From the human T2T-CHM13v2.0 reference genome, Homo sapiens, in the NCBI RefSeq assembly GCF_009914755.1, contig NC_060946.1: 64,000 bases of DNA. One strand, written 5' to 3'. A program made the position numbers and the translations under genes. The notes below the pieces were generated by a model. The model saw only the letters and a list, made by a program, of their open reading frames with translations, ran no database searches and was not told the DNA's origin. This document shows, piece by piece, positions 28,201 through 40,300 of this stretch. Each line of letters opens with the position of its first letter. Positions within the stretch are counted from its first letter, which is position 1.

Positions 28201-31200
28201 GTATCAAAACTGCTCTGTCAAAAGGAAGGTTCTTCTCTGTTAGGTGAGTGCATACGTCATAAAGGAGTTTCTGAGAATGTTTCTGTCTAGTGGTTATGGG
28301 AAGATATTTGCTTTTTCACCGTAGGCCTCAGAGCGCTCCAAATATCCGCTTGCACATACTACAAAAAGAGTGCTTCAAAGCTGCTCTCTGAAACGGAATG
28401 TTCAACTCTATGAGTTGAATGCAAACATGACAAAGACGTTTCTGAGAATGCTTCTGTCTAGATTTGATATGAAGATATTCCCGTTTCCAACGAAATCTTC
28501 AAATCTATCCAAATGTCCACTTGCAGATTCAACAAAAATTGTTTTTCAGAACTGCTCTATCAAAAGAAAGATCCACGTGTGTTAGCTGAGTTCACACATC
28601 ACAAACAAGTTTATGAGAATGCTTCTGTCTAGTTTTTATTTGAAGATATTTCCTTTCTCACCATAGACCTGAAAGCTGTCCTAATGTTCACTTCCAGATA
28701 CTACAGAAAGAGTGTTTCAAAACTGCTGTACGAAAGGGAATGTTCAACTCTGTGACTTGAATGCACACATCACAAGGATGTTTCTGAGGATGCTGCTGTC
28801 TACTTTTTATACGTAATCCCGTTTCCAACGAAATCCTCCAAGCTATCCAAATATCCACCTGCAGATTCCACAGAAAGACTGTTTCAAAACTGCTCTGTCA
28901 ATAGAAAGGTTCAACTCTATTAGCTGCGTACATATATCCCAAAGAAGATTCTGAGATTGCTTCTGTCTAGTTTTTATGGGAAGATATTTCCCTTTTCACC
29001 GTAGGTGTCAAGGCGCTCCAAATGTCCACTTCCAGATATTACAAAAAGAGTGTTTCAAACCTACTCTGTGAAAGGGAATATTCAACTCTGTGACTTAAAG
29101 GCAGATATCACAAAGAAGTTTCTGAGAATGCTTCTGTCGAGATTTTATATGAAGATATTCCCCTTTCCAACGAAATCCTGAAATCTATCCAAATATCCCC
29201 TCGCAGATTCTACAAAAAGAGTGTTTCAAAACTGCTCTGTAAAAAGAAAGGTTCAACTCTGTTAGTTGAGTACACACATCACAAACAAGTTTCACAGAAT
29301 GCTTCTTTCTAGCTTGTAGGGGAAGATATTCCCTTTATCACCATGGGTCTCAAACCGTCCGAAACGTCCACTTCCATATACTACAAAAAGAGTGTTTCAA
29401 ACCTGCTCTATGAAAGGCAATGTTCAACTCTGTGACTTGAATGCAGACATCACAGAGCAGTTTCTGAGAATGCTTCTGTCTAGATTTTATAGGAAGATGT
29501 TCCCGTTTCCAACGAAGTCTTCACAGGTATCCAAATATCCACTTGCAGATTCTACAAAAAGAGTGTATCAAAACTGCTCTGTCAAAAGGAAGGTTCTTCT
29601 CTGTTAGGTGAGTGCATACGTCATAAAGGAGTTTCTGAGAATGTTTCTGTCTAGTGGTTATGGGAAGATATTTGCTTTTTCACCGTAGGCCTCAGAGCGC
29701 TCCAAATATCCACTTGCACATACTACAAAAAGAGTGCTTCAAACCTGCTCTCTGAAACGGAATGTTCAACTCTATGAGTTGAATGCAAACATCACAAAGA
29801 CGTTTCTGAGAATGCTTCTGTCTAGATTTGATATGAAGATATTCCCGTTTCCAACGAAATCTTCAAATCTATCCAAATGTCCTCTTGCAGATTCAACAAA
29901 AAGTGTTTTTCAGAACTGCTCTATCAAAAGAAAGATCCACGTGTGTTAGCTGAGTTCACACATCACGAACAAGTTTATGAGAATGCTTCTGTCTAGTTTT
30001 TATTTGAAGATATTTCCTTTCTCACCATAGACCTGAAAGCTGTCCTAATGTTCACTTCCAGATACTACAGAAAGAGTGTTTCAAAACTGCTGTACGAAAG
30101 GGAATGTTCAACTCTGTGACTTGAATGCACACATCACAAAGAAGTTTCTGAGGATGCTGCTGTCTACTTTTTATACGTAATCCCGTTTCCAAAGAAATCC
30201 TCGAAGCTATCCAAATATCCACTTGCAGATTCCACAGAAAGACTGTTTCAAAACTGCTCTGTCAATAGAAAGGTTCAACTCTATTAGCTGCGTGCATATA
30301 TCCCAAAGAAGATTCTGAGATTGCTTCTGTCTAGTTTTTATGGGAAGATATTTACCTTTTCACCGTAGGCGCCAAGGCGTTCCAAATGTCCACTTCCAGA
30401 TACTACAAAAAGAGTGTTTCAAACCTACTCTGTGAAAGGGAATATTCAACTCTGTGACTTGAAGGCAGATATCACAAAGAAGTTTCTGAGAATGCTTCTG
30501 TCGAGATTTTATATGAAGATATTCCCGTTTCCAACGAAATCCTGAAATCTATCCAAATATCCCCTCGCAGATTCTACAAAAAGAGTGTTTCAAAAGTGCT
30601 CTGTAAAAAGAAAGGTTCAACTCTGTTAGTTGAGAACACACATCACAAACATGTTTCACAGAATGCTTCTTTCTATCTTGTAGGGGAAGATATTCCCTTT
30701 ATCACTATGGGCCTCAAACCGTCCGAAACGTCTACTTCCATATACTACAAAAAGAGCGTTTCAAACGTGCTCTATGAAAGGCAATGTTCAACTCTGTGAC
30801 TTGAATGCAGACATCACAGAGCAGTTTCTGAGAATGCTTCTGTCTAGATTTTATAGGAAGATATTCCCGTTTCCAACGAAATCTTCACAGCTATCCAAAT
30901 ATGCACTTGCAGATTCTACAAAAAGAGTGTATCAAAACTGCTCTGTCAAAAGGAAGGTTCTTCTCTTTTAGGTGAGTGCATAGGTCATAAAGGAGTTTCT
31001 GAGAATGTTTCTGTCTAGTGGTTATGGGAAGATATTTGCTTTTTCACCGTAGGCCTCAGAGCGCTCCAAATATCCACTTGCACATACTACAAAAAGAGTG
31101 TTTCAAAGCTGCTCTCTGAAAGGGAATGTTCAACTCTATGAGTTGAATGCAAACATGACAAAGACGTTTCTGAGAATGCTTCTGTCTAGATTTGATATGA

Positions 31201-31346
31201 AGATATTCCCGTTTCTAACGAAATCTTCAAATCTATCCAAATGTCCACTTGCAGATTCAACAAAGTGTTTTTCAGAACTGCTCTATCAAAAGAAAGATCC
31301 ACCTCTGTTAGCTGAGTTCACACTTCACAATCAAGTTTATCAGAAT

Positions 31347-34300
31347 GCTTCTGTCTAGTTTTTATTTGAAGATATATCCTTTCTCACTATAGACCTGAAA
31401 GCTCTCCTAAAGTTCACTTCCAGATACTACAGAAAGAGTGTTTCGAAACTGCTGTATGAAAGGGAATGTTCAACTCTGTGACTTGAATGCACACATCACA
31501 AAGAAGTTTCTGAGGATGCTGCTGTCTACTTTTTATACGTAATCCCGTTTCCAACGAAATCCTCCAAGCTATCCAAATATCCACTTGCAGATTCCACAGA
31601 AAGACTGTTTCAAAACTGCTCTGTCAATAGAAAGGTTCAACTCTGTTAGCTGCGTGCATATATGCCAAAGAAGATTCTGAGATTGCTTCTGTCTAGTTTT
31701 TATGGGAAGATATTTCCCTTTTCACCGTAGGCGTCAAGGCGCTCCAAATGTCCACTTCCAGATACTACAAAAAGAGTGTTTCAAACCTACTCTGTGAAAG
31801 GGAATATTCAACTCTGTGACTTGAAGGCAGATATCACAAAGAAGTTTCTGAGAATGCTTCTGTCGAGATTTTATATGAAGATATTCCCGTTTCCAACGAA
31901 ATCCTGAAATCTATCCAAATATCCCCTCGCAGATTCTACAAAAAGAGTGTTTCAAAACTGCTCTGTAAAAAGAAAGGTTCAACTCTGTTAGTTGAGTACA
32001 CACATCACAAACAAGTTTCACAGAATGCTTCTTTCTAGCTTGTAGGGGAAGATATTCCCTTTATCACCATGGGCCTCAAACCGTCCGAAACGTCCACTTC
32101 CATATACTACAAAAAGAGTGTTTCAAACCTGCTCTATGAAAGGCAATGTTCAACTCTGTGACTTGAATGCAGACATCACAGAGCAGTTTCTGAGAATGCT
32201 TCTGTCTAGATTTTATAGGAAGATATTCCCGTTTCCAACGAAATCTTCACAGCTATCCAAATATCCACTTGCAGATTCTACAAAAAGAGTGTATCAAAAC
32301 TGCTCTGTCAAAAGGAAGGTTCTTCTCTGTTAGGTGAGTGTATACGTCATAAAGGAGTTTCTGAGAATGTTTCTGTCTAGTGGTTATGGGAAGATATTTG
32401 CTTTTTCACCGTAGGCGTCAGAGCTCTCCAAATATCCACTTGCACATACTACAAAAAGAGTGCTTCAAAGCTGCTCTCTGAAACGGAATGTTCAACTCTA
32501 TGAGTTGAATGCAAACATCACAAAGACGTTTCTGAGAATGCTTCTGTCTAGATTTGATATGAAGATATTCCCGTTTCCAACGAAATCTTCAAATCTATCC
32601 AAATGTCCACTTGCAGATTCAACAAAAAGTGTTTTTCAGAACTGCTCTATCAAAAGAAAGATCCACCTCTGTTAGCTGAGTTCACACATCACAAACAAGT
32701 TTATGAGAATGCTTCTGTCTAGTTTTTATTTGAAGATATATCCTTTCTCACTATAGACCTGAAAGCTCTCCTAAAGTTCACTTCCAGATACTACAGAAAG
32801 AGTGTTTCAAAACTGCTGTACGAAAGGGAATATTCAACTCTGTGACTTGAATGCACGCATCACAAGGAAGTTTCTGAGGATGCTGCTGTCTACTTTTTAT
32901 ACGTAATCCCGTTTCCAACGTAATCCTCCAGGCTATCCAAATATCCACTTGCAGATTCCACAGAAAGACTGTTTCAAATCTGCTCTGTCAATAGAAAAGT
33001 TCAACTTTATTAGCTGCGTGCATATATCCCAAAGAAGATTCTGAGATTGCTTCTGTCTAGTTTTTATGGGAAGATATTTCCCTTTTCACCGTAGGCGTCA
33101 AGGCGCTCCAAATGTCCACTTCCAGATACTACAAAAAGAGTGTTTCAAACCTACTCTGTGAAAGGGAATATTCAACTCTGTGACTTAAAGGCAGATATCA
33201 CAAAGAAGTTTCTGAGAATGCTTCTGTCGAGATTTTATATGAAGATATTCCCGTTTCCAACGAAATCCTGAAATCTATCCAAATATCCCCTCGCAGATTC
33301 TACAAAAAGAGTGTTTCAAAACTGCTCTGTAAAAAGAAAGGTTCAACTCTGTTAGTTGAGTACACACATCACAAACAAGTTTCACAGAATGCTTCTTTCT
33401 AGCTTGTAGGGCAAGATATTCCCTTTATCACCATGGGCCTCAAACCGTCCGAAACGTCTACTTCCATATACTACAAAAAGAGCGTTTCAAACCTGCTCTA
33501 TGAAAGGCAATGTTCAACTCTGTGACTTGAATGCAGACATCACAGAGCAGTTTCTGAGAATGCTTCTGTCTAGATTTTATAGGAAGATATTCCCGTTTCC
33601 AACGAAATCTTCACAGCTATCCAAATATCCACTTGCAGATTCTACAAAAAGAGTTTATCAAAACTGCTCTGTCAAAAGGAAGGTTCTTCTCTGTTAGTTG
33701 AGTACATACGTCATAAAGGAGTTTCTGAGAATGTTTCTGTCTAGTGGTTATGGGAAGATATTTTCTTTTTCACCTTAGGCCTCAGAGTGCTCCAAATATC
33801 CGCTTGCACATACTACAAAAGAGTGCTTCAAAGCTGCTCTATGAAAGGGAATGTTCAACTCTATGAGTTGAATGCAAACATCACAAAGACGTTTCTGAGA
33901 ATGCTTCTGTCTAGATTTGATATGAAGATATTCCCGTTTCCAACGAAATCTTCAAATCTATCCAAATGTCCACTTGCAGATTCAACAAAGTGTTTTTCAA
34001 AACTGCTGTATCAAAAGAAAGATCCACCTCTGTTAGCTGAGTTCACACTTCACAAACAAGTTTATCAGAATTCTTCTGTCTAGTTTTTATTTGAAAATAT
34101 ATCCTTTCTCACTATAGACCTTAAAGCTCTCCTAAAGTTCACTTCCAGATACTACAGAAAGAGTGTTTCAAAACTGCTGTACGAAAGGGAATGTTCAACT
34201 CTGTGACTTGAATGCACACATCACAAGGAAGTTTCTGAGGATGCTGCTGTCTAATTTTTATACGTAATCCCGTTTACAACGAAATCCTCCAAGCTATCCA

Positions 34301-37300
34301 AATATGCACTTGCAGATTCCACAGAAAGACTGTTTCAAAACTGCTCTGTCAATAGAAAGGTTCAACTCTGTTAGCTGCGTGCATATATCCCAAAGAAGAT
34401 TCTGAGATTGCTTCTGTCTACTTTTTATGGGAAGATATTTCCCTTTTCACCGTAGGTGTCAAGGCGCTCCAAATATCCACTTCCAGATACTACAAAAAGA
34501 GTGTTTCAAACCTTCTCTGTGGAAGGGAATATTGAACTCTGTGACTTGAATGCAGATATCACAAAGAAGTTTCTGAAAATGCTTCTGTCGAGATTTTATA
34601 TGAAGATATTCCCGTTTCCAACGAAATCCTGAAATCTATCCAAATAACCCCTCGCAGATTCTACAAAAAGAGTGTTTCAAAACTGCTCTGTAAAAAGAAA
34701 GGTTCAACTCTGTAAGTTGAGTACACACATCACAAACAAGTTTCACAGAATGCTTCTTTCTAGCTTGTAGGGGAAGATATTCCCTTTATCACCACGGGCC
34801 TCAAACCGTCCGAAACGTCCACTTCCATATACTACAAAAAGAGCGTTTCAAACCTGCTCTATGAAAGGCAATGTTCAACACTGTGACTTGAATGCAGACA
34901 TCACAGAGCAGTTTCTGAGAATGCTTCTGTCTAGATTTTATAGGAAGATATTCCCGTTTCCAACGAAATCTTCACAGCTATCCAAATATCCACTTGCAGA
35001 TTCTACAAAAAGAGTGTATCAAAACTGCTCTGTCAAAAGGAAGGTTCTTCTCTGTTAGGTGAGTGCATACGTCATAAAGGAGTTTCTGAGAATGTTTCTG
35101 TCTAGTGGTTATGGGAAGATATTTGCTTTTTCACCGTAGGCCTCAGAGCGCTCCAAATATCCACTTGCACATACTACAAAAAGTGTGCCTCAAAGCTGCT
35201 CTCTGAAACGGAATGTTCAACTCTATGAGTTGAATGCAAACATCACAAAGACGTTTCTGAGAATGCTTCTGTCTAGATTTGATATGAAGATATTCCCGTT
35301 TCCAACGAAATCTTCAAATCTATCCAAATGTCCACTTGCAGATTCAACAAAAAGTGTTTTTCAGAACTGCTGTATCAAAAGAAAGATCCACCTCTGTTAG
35401 CTGAGTTCACACTTAACAAACAAGTTTATCAGAATTCTTCTGTCTAGTTTTTATTTGAAGATATTTCCTTTCTCACTATAGACCTGAAAGCTCTCCTAAA
35501 GTTCACTTCCAGATACTACAGAAAGAGTGTTTCAAAACTGCTGTACGAAAGGGAATGTTCAACTCTGTGACTTGAATGCACACATCACAAGGAAGTTTCT
35601 GAGGATGCTGCTGTCTAATTTTTATACATAATCCCTTTTCCAACGAAATCCTCCAAGCTATCCAAATATCCACTTGCAGATTCCACAGAAAGACTGTTTC
35701 AAAACTGCTCTGTCAATAGAAAGGTTCAACTCTGTTAGCTGCGTGCATATATCCCAAAGAAGATTCGGAGATTGCTTCTGTCTCGTTTTTATGGGAAGAT
35801 ATTTACCTTTTCACCGTAGGTGTCAAGGCGCTCCAAATGTCCACTTCCAGATACTACAAAAAGAGTGTTTCAAACCTACTCTGTGAAAGGGAATATTCAA
35901 CTCTGTGACTTGAATGCAGATATCACAAAGAAGTTTCTGAGAATGCTTCTGTCGAGATTTTATATGAAGATATTCCCGTTTCCAACGAAATCCTGAAATC
36001 TATCCAAATATCCCCTCGCAGATTCTACAAAAAGAGTGTTTCAAAACTGCTCTGTAAAAAGAAAGGTTCAACTCTGTTAGTTGAGTACACACATCACAAA
36101 CAAGTTTCACAGAATGCTTCTTTCTAGCTTGTAGGGGAAGATATTCCCTTTATCACCATGGGCCTCAAACCGTCCGAAACGTCCACTTCCATATACTACA
36201 AAAAGAGCGTTTCAAACCTGCTCTATGAAAGGCAATGTTCAACTCTGTGACTTGAATGCAGACATCACAGAGCAGTTTCTGAGAATGCTTCTGTCTAGAT
36301 TTTATAGGAAGATATTCCCGTTTCCAGCAAAATCTTCACAGCTATCCAAATATCCACTTGCAGATTCTACAAAAAGAGTGTATCAAAACTGCTCTGTCAA
36401 ATGGAAGGTTCTTCTCTGTTAGGTGAGTGCATACGTCATAAAGGAGTTTCTGAGAATGTTTCTGTCTAGTGGTTATGGGAAGATATTTGCTTTTTCACCG
36501 TAGGCCTCAGAGCCCTCCAAATATCCACTTGCACATACTACAAAAAGAGTGCTTCAAACCTGTTCTCTGAAACGGAATGTTCAACTCTGAGTTGAATGCA
36601 AACATCACAAAGACGTTTCTGAGAATGCTTCTGTCTAGATTTGATATGAAGATATTCCCGTTTCCAACGAAATCTTCAAATCTATCCAACTGTCCTCTTG
36701 CAGATTCAACAAAAAGTGTTTTTCAGAACTGCTCTATCAAAAGAAAGATCCACCTCTGTTAGCTGAGTTCACACATCACGAACAAGTTTATGAGAATGCT
36801 TCTGTCTAGTTTTTATTTGAAGATATTTCCTTTCTCACCATAGACCTGAAAGCTGTCCTAATGTTCACTTCCAGATACTACAGAAAGAGTGTTTCAAAAC
36901 TGCTGTACGAAAGGGAATGTTCAACTCTGTGACTTGAATGCACACATCACAAAGAAGTTTCTGAGGATGCTGCTGTCTACTTTTTATACGTAATCCCGTT
37001 TCCAACGAAATCCTCCAAGCTATCCAAATATCCACTTGCAGATTCCACAGAAAGACTGTTTCAAAACTGCTATGTCAATAGAAAAGTTCAACTCTGTTAG
37101 CTGTGTGCATATATCCCAAAGAAAATTCTGAGATTGCTTCTGTCTAGTTTTTATGGGAAGATATTTCCCTTTTCACCGTAGGCGTCAAGGCGCTCCAAAT
37201 GTCCACTTCCAGATACTACAAAAAGAGTGTTTCAAACCTACTCTGTGAAAGGGAATATTCAACTCTGTGACTTGAAGGCAGATATCACAAAGAAGTTTCT

Positions 37301-40300
37301 GAGAATGCTTCTGTCGAGATTTTATATGAAGATATTCCCGTTTCCAACGAAATCCTGAAATCTATCCAAATATCCCCTCGCAGATTCTACAAAAAGAGTG
37401 TTTCAAAACTGCTCTGTAAAAAGAAAGGTTCAACTCTGTTAGTTGAGTACACACATCACAAACAAGTTTCACAGAATGCTTCTTTCTAGCTTGTAGGGGA
37501 AGATATTCCCTTTATCACCATGGGCCTCAAACCGTCCGAAACGTCCACTTCCATATACTACAAAAAGAGCGTTTCAAACCTGCTCTAGGAAAGGCAATGT
37601 TCAACTCTGTGACTTGAATGCAGACATCACAGAGCAGTTTCTGAGAATGCTTCTGTCTAGATTTTATAGGAAGATATTCCCGTTTCCAACAAAATCTTCA
37701 CAGCTATCCAAATATCCACTTGCAGATTCTACAAAAAGAGTGTATCAAAACTGCTCTGTCAAAAGGAAGGTTCTTCTCTGTTAGGTGAGTGCATACGTCA
37801 TAAAGGAGTTTCTGAGAATGTTTCTGTCTAGTGGTTATGGGAAGATATTTGCTTTTTCACCGTAGGCCTCAGAGCGCTCCAAATATCCACTTGCACATAC
37901 TACAAAAAGAGTGTTTCAAAGCTGCTCTCTGAAAGGGAATGTTCAACTCTATGAGTTGAATGCAAACATGACAAAGACGTTTCTGAGAATGCTTCTGTCT
38001 AGATTTGATATGAAGATATTCCCGTTTCCAACGAAATCTTCAAATCTATCCAAATGTCCACTTGCAGATTCAACAAAGTGTTTTTCAGAACTGCTCTATC
38101 AAAAGAAAGATCCACCTCTGTTAGCTGAGATCACACTTCACAAACAAGTTTATCAGAATGCTTCTGTCTAGTTTTTATTTGAAGATATATCCTTTCTCAC
38201 TATAGACCTGAAAGCTGTCCTAAAGTTCACTTCCAGATACTACAGAAAGAGTGTTTCAAAACTGCTGTACGAAAGGGAATGTTCAACTCTGTGACTTGAA
38301 TGCACACATCACAAGGATGTTTCTGAGGATGCTGCTGTCTACTTTTTATACGTAATCCCGTTTCCAACGAAATCCTCCAAGCTATCCAAATATCCACTTG
38401 CAGATTCCACAGAAAGACTGTTTCAAAACTGCTCTGTCAATAGAAAGGTTCAACTCTATTAGCTGCGTACATATATCCCAAAGAAGATTCTGAGATTGCT
38501 TCTGTCTAGTTTTTATGGGAAGATATTTCCCTTTTCACCGTAGGTGTCAAGGCGCTCCAAATGTCCACTTCCAGATACTACAAAAAGAGTGTTTCAAACC
38601 TGCTCTGTGAAAGGGAATATTCAACTCTGTGACTTAAAGGCAGATATCACAAAGAAGTTTCTGAGAATGCTTCTGTCGAGATTTTATATGAAGATATTCC
38701 CCTTTCCAACGAAATCCTGAAATCTATCCAAATATCCCCTCGCAGATTCTACAAAAAGAGTGTTTCAAAACTGCTCTGTAAAAAGAAAGGTTCAACTCTG
38801 TTAGTTGAGTACACACATCACAAACAAGTTTCACAGAATGCTTCTTTCTAGCTTGTAGGGGAAGATATTCCCTTTATCACCATGGGCCTCAAACCGTCCG
38901 AAACGTCCACTTCCATATACTACAAAAAGAGCGTTTCAAACCTGCTCTATGAAAGGCAATGTTCAACTCTGTGACTTGAATGCAGACATCACAGAGCAGT
39001 TTCTCAGAATGCTTCTGTCTAGATTTTATAGGAAGATATTCCCGTTTCCAACAAAATCTTCACAGGTATCCAAATATCCACTTGCAGATTCTACAAAAAG
39101 AGTGTATCAAAACTGCTCTGTCAAAAGGAAGGTTCTTCTCTGTTAGGTGAGTGCATACGTCATAAAGGAGTTTCTGAGAATGTTTCTGTCTAGTGGTTAT
39201 GGGAAGATATTTGCTTTTTCACCGTAGGCCTCAGAGCCCTCCAAATATCCACTTGCACATACTACAAAAAGAGTGCTTCAAACCTGCTCTCTGAAACGGA
39301 ATGTTCAACTCTATGAGTTGAATGCAAACATCACAAAGACGTTTCTGAGAATGCTTCTGTCTAGATTTGATATGAAGATATTCCCGTTTCCAACGAAATC
39401 TTCAAATCTATCCAACTGTCCTCTTGCAGATTCAACAAAAAGTGTTTTTCAGAACTGCTCTATCAAAAGAAAGATCCACGTGTGTTAGCTGAGTTCACAC
39501 ATCACGAACAAGTTTATGAGAATGCTTCTGTCTAGTTTTTATTTGAAGATATTTCCTTTCTCACCATAGACCTGAAAGCTGTCCTAATGTTCACTTCCAG
39601 ATACTACAGAAAGAGTGTTTCAAAACTGCTGTACGAAAGGGAATGTTCAACTCTGTGACTTGAATGCACACATCACAAAGAAGTTTCTGAGGATGCTGCT
39701 GTCTACTTTTTATACGTAATCCCGTTTCCAACGAAATCCTCCAAGCTATCCAAATATCCACTTGCAGATTCCACAGAAAGACTGTTTCAAAACTGCTATG
39801 TCAATAGAAAAGTTCAACTCTGTTAGCTGTGTGCATATATCCCAAAGAAAATTCTGAGATTGCTTCTGTCTAGTTTTTATGGGAAGATATTTCCCTTTTC
39901 ACCGTAGGCATCAAGGCGCTCCAAATGTCCACTTCCAGATACTACAAAAAGAGTGTTTCAAACCTACTCTGTGAAAGGGAATATTCAACTCTGTGACTTG
40001 AAGGCAGATATCACAAAGAAGTTTCTGAGAATGCTTCTGTCGAGATTTTATATGAAGATATTCCCGTTTCCAACGAAATCCTGAAATCTATCCAAATATC
40101 CCCTCGCAGATTCTACAAAAAGAGTGTTTCAAAACTGCTCTGTAAAAAGAAAGGTTCAACTCTGTTAGTTGAGTACACACATCACAAACAAGTTTCACAG
40201 AATGCTTCTTTCTAGCTTGTAGGGGAAGATATTCCCTTTATCACCATGGGCCTCAAACCGTCCGAAACGTCCACTTCCATATACTACAAAAAGAGCGTTT

